A stretch of 27,738 nucleotides of DNA from Paramoeba atlantica. Taxonomy: Eukaryota; Protista; Discosea. A program made the translations under genes and the position numbers. The stretch lies in assembly GCA_977017575.1 (NCBI GenBank), contig CDRNVI010000202.1, forward strand, positions 1 to 27,738, in the 5' to 3' direction. Positions 1 through 10,185 of the stretch are shown piece by piece. Numbering within the stretch: the stretch's first letter is position 1; the number at the start of each line of letters is the position of its first letter. The notes below the pieces were generated by a model. The model was not told the origin of the DNA, did no database searches, and saw only the letters and a program-made list of their open reading frames with translations.

Positions 1-554
1 TTTTATATATTTATTTCCGTTAAATGTTTTAGTTACACAAGTAGGTAAAAGAGGTGAACCATATTTTGTTTATATAGCTAGCTTATTTTATTTTATATTA
101 ATAGCAAATTTTATTGGTTTAGTACCAAGTTCTTTTACTATTACAAGTCATATAATTTTAACATTTTTATTAGGATCAATTACTGTTATAGGGATTAACT
201 ATAATAGGTTTTTTAAAACAAAAATTACATTTTATACAGTTATTTATACCAAAAGGTGTTCCTAATATTTTATTACCTATGTTAATAGGTATCGAAGTTA
301 TTTCTTATATTGCAAGAGGTTTTAGTTTATCTATACGGTTATTTGCAAATTTAATGTCGGGACATTCATTAATACATATTTTATTATTTTTTATTGTAAA
401 AATATTAAAATTTAATTATATTATAGGTATTTTAGGAATATTATTAATAACTGTAATTTTTTTATTAGAGTTTGGTATTTCATTTTTACAAGCTTATGTA
501 TTTATTGTTTTAGTTTCTATTTATTTAAAAGATTCTTACGAAGCTGGACATTAA
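1..554 (+). CDS. atp6: Mitochondrial-type ATP synthase subunit a, 5'-truncated by window edge, one +1 frameshift at ~197
   Basis: Frame from nt 2 reads ...FILIANFIGLVPSSFTITSHIILTFLLGSITVIGI. Skipping one A at 197, it continues TIIGFLKQKLHFIQLFIPKGVPNILLPMLIGIEVISYIARGFSLSIRLFANLMSGH..., the hallmark subunit-a motif (SLSIRLFANLMSGH). TAA at 552-554. Confidence 0.95.
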
Positions 555-572
555 AAAACATTTATTTTAACA

Positions 573-892
573 ATGTTTAATATCTTAATTCCTTTGAAAC
601 ATTTATACCTATTTTAAGTTTTAGTTTATTTATTATAGGTATAGCGGGTATTTTTATTACACGTAGAAATATAATAATAATAATAATGTCTATAGAGTTA
701 ATTTTAGCATCTGTAAATTTATTATTTATTTTTTTATCAATATATTTAGATGATATATATGGTCAGATATTTGCTTTATATATATTAACTATAGCAGCTT
801 CTGAATCAGCTATTGGTTTAGGATTAATAGTTATTTATTATAGATTAAGAGGTATTATATCTATAGATTATATTAGTACTATAAAAGGTTAA
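573..892 (+). CDS. nad4L: Mitochondrial-type NADH dehydrogenase subunit 4L; probable 1-bp deletion near 587-590 separates ATG 573 from the main frame
   Basis: The frame of ORF 686-892 extends upstream as ...ILSFSLFIIGIAGIFITRRNIIIIIMSIELILASVN...AASESAIGLGLIVIYYRLRGIISIDYISTIKG*, with typical Nad4L motifs. ATG 573 lies in a different frame. Confidence 0.93.
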
Positions 893-911
893 ATTTTTTT
901 ATATACTTTTT

Positions 912-1403
912 ATGTATTTATTAGTATTATATTTACCATTAATAAGTTTTTAATTATAAGTTTTTTTGGGCGTTTATTAGGAAATAAAGGTAGTTTTATA
1001 ATTGCGAATTTTAATATGTTATTAACAGTGTTGTTATCATATTATATTTTTTATGAAACTGTATTAAAAGGTTCTGTATGTTTTTTAAAAATTATTTTCA
1101 TGATTTAATATAGGTTTATTTAATGTAACATGAGGATTTATTTTCGATCCTGTAACAGGTGTTATGTTAATTGTAGTAAATACAATATCTTTATTAGTTC
1201 ATTTTTATTCAATAGGTTATATGTATAATGATCCTTTTTCTTCTCGATTTGTATCTTATTTATCATTATTTACATGATTTATGTTAATGTTAGTTACAGC
1301 TGATAATATATTACAATTATTTTTAGGTTGAGAAGGTGTTGGTTTAGTATCTTATTTATTAATTAATTTTTGATTTACAATAGCAGATGCAAACAAAGCT
1401 GCC
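912..1403 (+). CDS. nad5: Mitochondrial-type NADH dehydrogenase subunit 5, N-terminal ~165 aa, cut off by the telomere array; two 1-bp frameshifts; TGA read as Trp
   Basis: [13 protein letters not shown] / one T missing in run 947-951 / ...VCFLK / extra A in run 1087-1091 / LFSWFNIG...[36 protein letters not shown]...[56 protein letters not shown] occupies conserved Trp sites (GWEG 1329-1331, NFWF 1371-1373). Confidence 0.95.
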
Positions 1404-2043
1404 TAAACCCTAAACCCTAAACCCTAAACCCTAAACCCTAAACCCTAAACCCTAAACCCTAAACCCTAAACCCTAAACCCTAAACCCTAAACCCTAAACC
1501 CTAAACCCTAAACCCTAAACCCTAAACCCTAAACCCTAAACCCTAAACCCTAAACCCTAAACCCTAAACCCTAAACCCTAAACCCTAAACCCTAAACCCT
1601 AAACCCTAAACCCTAAACCCTAAACCCTAAACCCTAAACCCTAAACCCTAAACCCTAAACCCTAAACCCTAAACCCTAAACCCTAAACCCTAAACCCTAA
1701 ACCCTAAACCCTAAACCCTAAACCCTAAACCCTAAACCCTAAACCCTAAACCCTAAACCCTAAACCCTAAACCCTAAACCCTAAACCCTAAACCCTAAAC
1801 CCTAAACCCTAAACCCTAAACCCTAAACCCTAAACCCTAAACCCTAAACCCTAAACCCTAAACCCTAAACCCTAAACCCTAAACCCTAAACCCTAAACCC
1901 TAAACCCTAAACCCTAAACCCTAAACCCTAAACCCTAAACCCTAAACCCTAAACCCTAAACCCTAAACCCTAAACCCTAAACCCTAAACCCTAAACCCTA
2001 AACCCTAAACCCTAAACCCTAAACCCTAAACCCTAAACCCTAA
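1402..2043 (+). repeat. Telomeric array (CCCTAAA)n, ~92 copies, C-strand on + (left-end orientation)
   Basis: Uninterrupted 7-mer repeat over 642 bp, no variant units seen; the reverse complement is TTTAGGG. Confidence 0.99.
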
Positions 2044-2189
2044 TTAGTCAATTTTTTCGTATCAATTAAAAAGCTCCAAATGATGAAAAATGAATGATGG
2101 AAGATAAATCCTATTCAATAAAGGTTTTTTTAAACATATTATCAACCTTAAATCAATTTTTTGATTTCTGACATGATTTTATTAACACA

Positions 2190-2920
2190 TTACAAAAAGT
2201 ATTTTCTCAAAAGTATGCTCACATAAAAGGTCTATAAAAATCTCTCAATATCAAAAAATGAAAAATGAAAATAATAAAGTAGTGTAAAAACATCAAATAA
2301 ATCTTAAAATAAAGAAAATCAATTTGAGATTTATTTATTTTGTTTTTATGTAGGGAGCAATAATATTATTTGTTATAATAGGGAAACAGAGTTAAAAGTT
2401 CCAAAAGTATGTTTACAAAAGGATGCTGTAAAAATCTCTCAATATTAAAAAATGAAAAATAAAAATAATAAGGTAGTGTAAAAACATGAAATTAATCTAT
2501 GTTTAAAGAAAACTTTGAAAAATTTTATATATTTCCCAATTATGTAGGTACCAATTCATTGATGTTTTTTTAAAGGTAAAATACATAGAAAAAATACTCA
2601 TATTTTTGGACTCTATAAAAATCTCTCAAAATGAAAAAATGAAAAATGAAAATGATAAAGTAGTGTAAAAACATGAAATTAATCTATATTTAAGGAAAAC
2701 CATGAAAAATTTTATATATGACCTGATAATGTAGGGAGGAGATTAAAATTATATGTTTGTATGTAAAAATCATATAAATGTTTTCTCAATTATTTTTGTT
2801 CTATGAGACAAAATCAAAAATCTGGCTGGTCCAAGTTTTAGAAAATAGTTTTTTTTATTATGTTATCAAAAAAAATTAGTCCCAGCTCACTTGTTTCCTC
2901 AATATGTAGGGTGCCACTTT
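2190..2920. repeat. Telomere-adjacent degenerate tandem repeat, ~190-bp period, 3-4 copies
   Basis: Motif (c)tataaaaatctctcaa...aaaatgaaaaat..aataataa.gtagtgtaaaaacat recurs at ~2231, ~2426, ~2612. atgtagg recurs at ~2348, ~2542, ~2729, ~2904. Confidence 0.8.
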
Positions 2921-3106
2921 AAAGTCCTATCATTATATGTGAATTTCATACATAAGACCTCTTCGTAAACTGCCTATAACTTTTTGTGACATATTCAGAT
3001 TTTAAAAAAAAATATGCCATTAGATAGACAAAAATGAGGCGCATCTTTCTACCAGTCTTGATTTTCCGGATTGTGAAAAAAAGTAGTTCAAAACGAAGTA
3101 ATTAGG

Positions 3107-3119
3107 CCCTAAACCCTAA
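3107..3119 (+). repeat. Two-copy telomere remnant CCCTAAACCCTAA at the exact left edge of duplication copy A
   Basis: ggCCCTAAACCCTAAt at 3105-3120, same orientation as the main array. Confidence 0.6.
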
Positions 3120-3258
3120 TTTCTCTCTTCTCTCTTCTCTCTCTCTTTCTTTCTCTTTTCTTTCTCTTTTCTTTCTCTTTTCTTTCTCTTTTCTTTCTCT
3201 TCCTCTCTCTCTTTCTCTCTTTCTCTCTCTCTTTTCTCTCTTTCTCTTTCTCATTCAA

Positions 3259-5075
3259 ATAAATAGAAAATCACCAAAAAAGAGAAATTCACATATGGAT
3301 ATGAGAGGAGGTTTCTTTTCTCTCTTCTCTTTCTCCCTTCTCTTTCTCTCTTCTCTTTCTCTTCTCTCTTCTCTCTTTCTCTCTTTCTCTCTTTCTCTCT
3401 TTCTTTCTTTCTTTCTTTCTCTTTTCTTTTCTCTCTCTCTCTTCTCTCTTTCTCTTTTTTCTTCTCAATAAAATTTTCTCTCCTCTTCTCCACTTCTCTC
3501 TTCTCTTCTCTCTTCTCTCTTCTCTCTTTCTTAGGAGCAAGGATGTCACGCCCAAAACAATCAACAAATACGAATGAAGCAAGAGAAAAGGTTTTCTCTC
3601 TCCACTTCTCTTTCTCTCTTTTCTTTTCGCTTCTCTCTTTATCTTTCTCTTCTTTTGCTTTCTCTCTTCTCTTTCTCCCTTCTCTTTCTCTCTTCTCTTT
3701 CTCTTTCTCTCTTTCTCTCTTTTCTTTCTCTTTTCTCTCTCTCTCTCTTTTTTCTCTCTCTTTTTTCTCTCTCTTTTTTCTCTCTCTTTTCTCTCTCTCT
3801 CTCTCTTTTCTCTCTCTCTTTTCTCTCTCTCTTCTTCTTTTTCTCTCTCTCTTCTTCTTTTTTTCTCTCTCTCTTTCTTTTCTCTCTCCTCTCTATTCCC
3901 TTTTTCTTTTTTTCTCTTCTCTCTTTCTTTTTCAAATAATAATTTTTCTTTCCTCCTTTTTTTTTCCTTTTTCTTTCCTTCTTCTCTTTCTTCTCTCTCT
4001 CTTTCTTCTCTCTTTCTTTCTTAATCCAGTTTTTTATTTTCAGATTTTTGTGAAAAGATGAGAGAATCTTGGTTCTGTTCAGAACGGCTGGATTTGGGGC
4101 AAGTCCAAGGAAGCAAACTCGATCATGTCAAGTTCAGACAAACAAAAAGTACTTTCTTCCATATTACTAGAATCAAAGTCTCAGTGACTGTCTCGAACAC
4201 CTGACATTTCAAATCTCGAAGCAATCATTACAATTCTCCTCACCAAACTTTTTCCTGATCTTCTCCAGGATCACATTTCCCGACATCCTCCTTCTTTGTT
4301 TTCAAAAGCACTCTTACTTAGTCTCTCTTATCCTTGATCACCTTCAGAGGGACTGTTTCAAGATTCGAAAGTTTTATTTTTTGGTTCACAACGTGCAATT
4401 CAGCCAGCAGAGCTTCCCACCCGACCATCAGAAGAATACAAGAAATTGGCCAAGAATGGAGGTTGTGGCCTTCATGTGGATGCAGAAGATCCAATTTACA
4501 ACTCAGGTTTATTGATGTATTATTCCTGTTTTGTTGAACCAAATGTTGAAGATTGTGATCATGATCATCCATTACCACAAAATGATTTGGTTTGTTTCCA
4601 ACATCAGAATGGTGGAAGGGGGGCACGAATTCAAACTATGCATCCTAACTTTCTATGTCTTGCATTCCACCAATCTCGGAAGTGCCACAGCACAGTTTTT
4701 CAAAAGAATGATGTTTTTCAAGAAGGTATCCATGGTTTCCGGGTGGTGACTTATCCAATCAAAGCAGTCGAAGATCTTGTTGAACATTGTCAAGATGAAG
4801 CCCCATTTCGGTCTGTCCTCCAACAATGGAAGACTGCCCTTCTAAATTCCTCTTCTCCAAAAAAAATTGCAATGTGGCCTTGATCGAATCTTCAACAAAA
4901 CCCTGCAGGAGGTTCTTTACTGATTCAAAAGCTCCTTTCTCAGGGATGCCAAATCAAACTCTCAACCCCCACTCCCTCAAGATGAGACTCCAGAAAAGGA
5001 GTCGAGAAGTCGAGACTTTGGAATAAAATAACCCTTTCCTTCTTTCAACTTCAACTACTTTCAAGGATGTGATAA
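3259..5075 (+). pseudogene. Spliced 2OG-Fe(II) dioxygenase (TET/JBP-like) pseudogene, copy A; lacks 5' exons, retains the catalytic domain
   Basis: Phase-compatible GT-AG introns 3311-3534 and 3591-4043 join ...KSPKKRNSHMDMRG|GARMSRPKQSTNTNEAREK|IFVK.... The frame of 4044-5075 contains 6 TGA and no TAA/TAG until 5073. Motifs: GLHVDAED (H 4473, D 4479), LAFHQSRKCHST (H 4686), FRVVTYP (R 4740). Confidence 0.65.
3591..4043 (+). repeat. Polypyrimidine (CT/CTT) low-complexity tract forming an intron; similar tracts at 3121-3250, 3311-3534 and 16100-16915
   Basis: Nearly pure C/T. Bounded by GT (3591) and CAG (4041-4043). Confidence 0.8.
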
Positions 5076-6749
5076 ATTTTTTTTGGCAACATGTCTTTCT
5101 CTTTCAAATAATTTGACTCAAAGCAAAAAACTACAAAAATAAATTTTCTTCACATTATTGGCAAACTTCAAGGAGAAATAGGGACTCCTGAAAACAAACT
5201 GTTTCATATAACAGTTATGCAATGATTGTGGTGGTGATTAATGTGGCAATCCCAACTTCAAACCCAAAGAGAGACCAAAAAAAAAGACAGCGAGAAAGGT
5301 GTCCTATCAGTGGGTCCCTTCTCAAACAAAGGACTGGAGAAAGAGAGAAAAAGAAAGAAAGGGGTTTAGTTGAATGGAGGGAAAAAAGAGAGGAGGGGTG
5401 AACACAAAGAAGGGGAGGGAGAATAAAAGAAAACAAATATCAAAAACAAACACTAAAACCAATGTGATTCGCAACAACAATGTGACGATGGTGTGGAGGC
5501 AGTGATAAAAGGTTTCAAATTGTTGATTAAATATGTCACCGATAATCTCAGCGAACTGAAGAAAGAAAAAAAAGAAAGGATTTTTTAGTTAAAAGGAGAG
5601 AGGGGAGAAAAGGAAACAAGGAGGAGGGAGGGGGGGGGAATACAAAAAAGGGGAGAATAAAAGAAAACAAGTATGTGAAAAACAAACACAAAACTGATGA
5701 TTCACAACAACAATGCGATGATGGTGGTAGTAGTAATCCATGGCATATTTGTAAAGCACTCTACTGATTTAACAAACAATCTTTCAATATTAATAAATCG
5801 ATGTCCATTCACCTTGTAATCTGACACACAATTACTTTTGCACAACAACATTCCAAGAGCTCTCTGCAACACAGTTGCTTGATCATCACTCTAATGTTGT
5901 TGTCATTTTGATTATCACATTGTGAAGAATCTTTTCTTCTGATACAAACCCTATATGCAAAAGTTTCAGAAGCTACTCTCTTTCCTTTAAAGAAATCACC
6001 ACCACCCGAACCTTCTTCCTTTGCTCCCCTCACCCTTCCCTCTCTTTTCTTCTAAAAAAACCAAAAAAAAAAAAAAAACCTCTTTGTGTGAAGAAGAAAT
6101 CAGCAACAAATACACTCAATATTCCCTCTCTCCTCCTTTGTTGGTGTTGGTTATTGAGTTGTTCTCATTGTTGTCTCACGTTTTATCGCGTCCTCTTTTT
6201 TTGTTGGAAAGAGAGAAAAAGAAAGAATTCCCAATTAAATAATCTTTTTTCTCTAGGCCAAATACACAAGTTTGCAAATCTCCGAAGGATTAGTGGCAAA
6301 TAAAAATTATCTCAATAAATTAATACCAAAAATAATTTTCTCATTACCAAGAATTTTCTTGATTTGCTACCAAACCCAAAGTACTGAAATTATTCAACAG
6401 AAAACACCCAATCTTTTGGTCGATTGAATGACTAAACTTTTTTCAGGAAACTGAAAAGGGAAAGAAAAGAAAAAAAAAAGGATTAATAATGTGTGTTACT
6501 ATGGAGGAGGGAAATACAAAGAAGGAAGAGAATAAAAGAAAACAAACAAAAAAAAGAAAACAAACACAAAACCCACCATAATTCACAATAACAATGATAA
6601 TTGGTAAAGGTGAAAAAATTATCACTTCAAACCTTATCAATTAAAACCCCAACAAACACACACACAGGCGAGAGAGAGAGAACTCTGGAGAAAGAGAAAA
6701 GAGAAAAAATTAGTGTTAAAAAAGGAAGGAAGGGGAGGAGGGAAAGGGG

Positions 6750-7095
6750 AGGGATAAAATGAATGTGGCAATCTTTATAATACATGCACACATCATTGAT
6801 ATTTGACAAACAACCTCTCAATAATTGATAAGGATTTAGGGTGTCCATTCACCTTGCAATCCAACACACACAAACACTTTCGTGCACAACACTCTCAACA
6901 CTCTCCAAGAGTGTGCTTTGAGAGAGCAAAACGTAGCCAGGACCAAAAAATGAAGCCCACACCAGCAAGTTAGAGAAAGGCACTGGTTTGTCAAAGTAAA
7001 ATCATGCACAGTTAATCCCAACTACTTCCAGGAGGAAACTCACGGGGGTTCCAGAGTTCCATCGAAAAATCCCAACTTCAAACCCAAAGAGAGAC
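6750..7095 (-). pseudogene. Decayed coding-like island of unknown function (copy ~20270-20600)
   Basis: Minus frame reads FEVGIFRWNSGTPVSFLLEVVGINCAxFYFDKPVPFSNLLVWASFFGPGYVLLSQSTLLESVESVVHESVCVCWIARxMDTLNPYQLLRGCLSNINDVCMYY with only 2 TGA. In copy B, CGA-TGG has become CAA-TAG. Confidence 0.35.
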
Positions 7096-7934
7096 AACCA
7101 AAAAAAAAAAAAACAGCGAAAAGGATGTCCCCCCCTTGGTGTGTCCCTTCTGAGAAAAACAGAAACTGACTGGAGAAAGAAAGGGGTTTCATTGAATGGA
7201 GGGGGAAATATGAGGGGAAAAACATAAAGAAAAAGAATCAAAGAAAACATATATGACCAAAAACAAACACTAAAACCTGATGAGATTCACAACAACAATA
7301 ACATGATGGTGGAAGTGGGGTGATAGAGCACAGAGCAAGGGGGGCATCCTCCAACAAACTCAACAATCAGACATTAACAAAAACAAACTCTCGGTTTAAG
7401 TTTTCCTTTTATATTAAGAATTCTATGAATTTCCAACAAACATCTTAACAACAAAGGAACAATACAACAGCAATTTGTGATGAAACACAAATAAAGACCA
7501 TCCAAAACGCTCCCTAAACCCTTTTGGGAAAACCCTTTTGGGAAAACCCAAAGGAAACACACAAAACAACACATCAAATCAGGAAGCATCTTTGTGAGTC
7601 GCAACACACACACACACTTTGATATTTTTAACAAACAATCTCTCAATATATTGATAAAGGGTTTAGGGTGTCCATTCACCTTACGATTGGTGGGGGGAGG
7701 GGAGGGGATGTGGCAGGAAGGAACTAGAAGGGAAAGAGAAAAGGAAAAGATTAGTGTTCAAAGGAATGAGGGAGGGAGAGAGGGGGGAAAAGAGGAAGAG
7801 AATAAAAGAAAACAAACATAACAGTTATGCAACGATGGTGGTGGAGATCAATGGCAATCTTTGTGACATATTTGATAAATAATCTCTCAATATATTGATA
7901 ATATTGGTGTCCATTCACTTTGCAATCCAATACA

Positions 7935-10185
7935 CAAACCTTTATCAATTAAAACACCTCACAAACCTAATGAGAACTGAAAGAGAAAAGAGAAAAGAGA
8001 AAGGAAGGATTTCGTTCAATTCAATGTAAGAGGGAACAGGGAAGAAATACAAAGCAAAACAAAAACAAAACAAAAACAAAAATAAAACCAATGAATTTTA
8101 CAACAATATATTATTATAGAAGTGGTGGATCAATCAAAACAAAAAAAAACAGAGAACTGCCAGTTCAAAAAACAGAAAAAGAGAGAGAGAAAACCAGATG
8201 ATTGTTTGGGGCTTTTGAAAAATTATTGTCAAATATTTTAGGAACAACACATGTCATGAAACAGTAGCACACTTCTGGAACATAAGAAGTCAAGAAATTA
8301 TCCAACAATAACAATGACATCTCTCTTTTTTTAAAAAAAAAAACATAATCAGGAAAAAAGAGAGAAAAGAGAGGGAAAAGAGAGGGAAAAGAGAGGGAAA
8401 AGAGGAAAAAAAAAGAAAACCAGAAAAGGAAAGTGAACACACAACAAAACCTTTGAAGAAGAGAAATATAATTCTTTTTTTTTAACAAATATATTTACTT
8501 ACTGATTACAAAACTCATCTCCCTTCGAAAAAAATCAGTTTGGAACGACAATTAAAAGAAAAGAAAAAGAAAGAGAAAGAGAAAAAAGAAGAAAAGAAAG
8601 AAAAGAAAAGAAAACCGAAAAAAACATTGTAAAAACTGTTCAAACTAAGGAAACAAAATTTTAAAATCTTATTTGGTGAGGAGAAAGAGAACAAAAAAGA
8701 CACCAAGAGGAGGGGGTAGGAGAAAACAAAAAGAAAACAGAAACAAAAAAGAAATGATCCATTAATCATCAAACAAATAGAGAGAAAAGATAGTCAAACC
8801 AAAAAAAATCAAAACAACCACCTTTTATCATGAAAAAGAGGGGGAAACACAAAAGGAGGAGAATAAAAGAAAACAAAAAAAAAAAAAACAAACACCAAAC
8901 ACCATGATTCACAATAATAATAATTGGTAATGGCGAGATATTGTCATTTCAAACTTTATCAATTAAAACCTCAACAAACACCCACAAGCAAGAGAGAGAA
9001 AGAACTCTGGAGAAAGAGAAAAGATTAGTGTTAAAAGGAATGAGGGGGAGAGAGGGAGGAAAAAGAGGAAGAGAATAAAAGAAAACAAACCCTTCATATA
9101 ACAATGCAACAATGATGGTGGATTAATGGTTTCTTTGTAACACACACACTACTGATATTTGACAAACAATCTCTCTTAATATTGATGCAATTCAACACAC
9201 AAACACTTTTGCACACAACAACAACACTCTCCAAGAGCTCTTTGCAACGCAACAGCAAAGTGTATTGCTTGATCATCACCCAAAACCCTTTCAATCAAAA
9301 CCCACATCTTGAATGTGGAAATAGCAGCAGTAGTAATAAGTGGTTTTAAAATCCTTATCAATTAAAACACCTCACAAACCCTGATGAGAACTGAAAGAGA
9401 AAAGAGAAAAGAGAAAAGAGAAAAGAGAAAAGAGAAAGGATTTCATTCAGTTCGATGGAAGAAATACAAAACAAAACAAAAACAAAACAAAAACAAAAAT
9501 AAAACCAATGAATTTTATAATAATATATTATTGAGGTGGTGGATCAATCAAAACAAAAAAAAAACAGAGAACTGCTAGTTCAAAAAACAGAAAAAAAGAG
9601 AAGAAAGAGAGAGAAAACCAGATGATTGTTTGAGGTTTTTGAAAAATTATTGTCGAATATTCAGAACAACACACGTCGTGAAACAGCAGCACACTTGCGT
9701 AACACAAGAAGTCAAAAAATCATCCATCAACAATGATGACATCTCTCTCTTTAAAAAAAAACATAATCAGGAAAAAAGAGATAAAAGGAAATAAATATTT
9801 GAAAAGAAATACGATTCTTTTTTTTTTAACAAATATATTTATTTCCTGATTACAAAACTCATTCTTTCTTTGAAAAAAATCAGTTTGGAATGACCAATTA
9901 AAAGAAAAGAAAAAAGAAAAGAGAAAAAAGAAGAAATGAAAGAAAAGAAAACCGGAAAAAAACTTAGTAAAAACTGTTCGAACCAAGAAAATAAAATTTC
10001 AGCATTTTATTTGGTGAGGAAAAAGAGAACAAAAAGTGCACCAAGAAGAGGGGGCAGGAGGAAACAAAAAGAAAACAGAAACAAAAAAGAAATGATTCAT
10101 TGTCGATCAAACAAACAGAGAGAAAAGAGAGAGAAAAGACAGTCAAACCAAAAAAAACAAAACGACCACTTTTTCACGTGAAAAA
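7935..10185 (+). repeat. Internal ~0.9-kb direct repeat (7935-8835 and 9352-10185), mirrored in copy B
   Basis: Both start ttatcaattaaaacacctcacaaacc..atgagaactgaaagag and end caaaccaaaaaaa.caaaac.accac.tttt..gaaaaag. Offset ~1.4 kb. Confidence 0.85.

Noticed and set aside
279-554. ORF-track starts at 279 (atp6), 686 (nad4L) and 4446 (dioxygenase) as true gene starts
   Set aside because: Each is an internal codon; homologous or coherent coding sequence continues upstream across a frameshift or TGA.
1395-1410. De novo telomere healing of a broken mitochondrial fragment or a linear mtDNA end
   Set aside because: The repeat orientation is wrong (C-strand follows nad5) and nuclear subtelomere continues on the other side.
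2039-3106. 8-bp inverted repeat CCTAATTA/TAATTAGG as transposon TIRs
   Set aside because: The match does not extend inward, is AT-rich, and overlaps telomere sequence.
3251-4061. Long K/E/R-rich and F/L/S-rich ORFs here and at 10622-11279, 15389-16835, 25525-27157
   Set aside because: They are translations of CT/GA and poly-T/A tracts that lack stops by composition. Several coincide with predicted introns.
7640-7690. Minus-strand CKVNGHP-like peptide (clearest in the sister module at 6835-6860) recalling the DDI1/retropepsin motif CKVNGHPLKAFVDSG
   Set aside because: The catalytic D-S/T-G does not follow in any copy, and at 6750-7095 a different frame is the longer coherent one.
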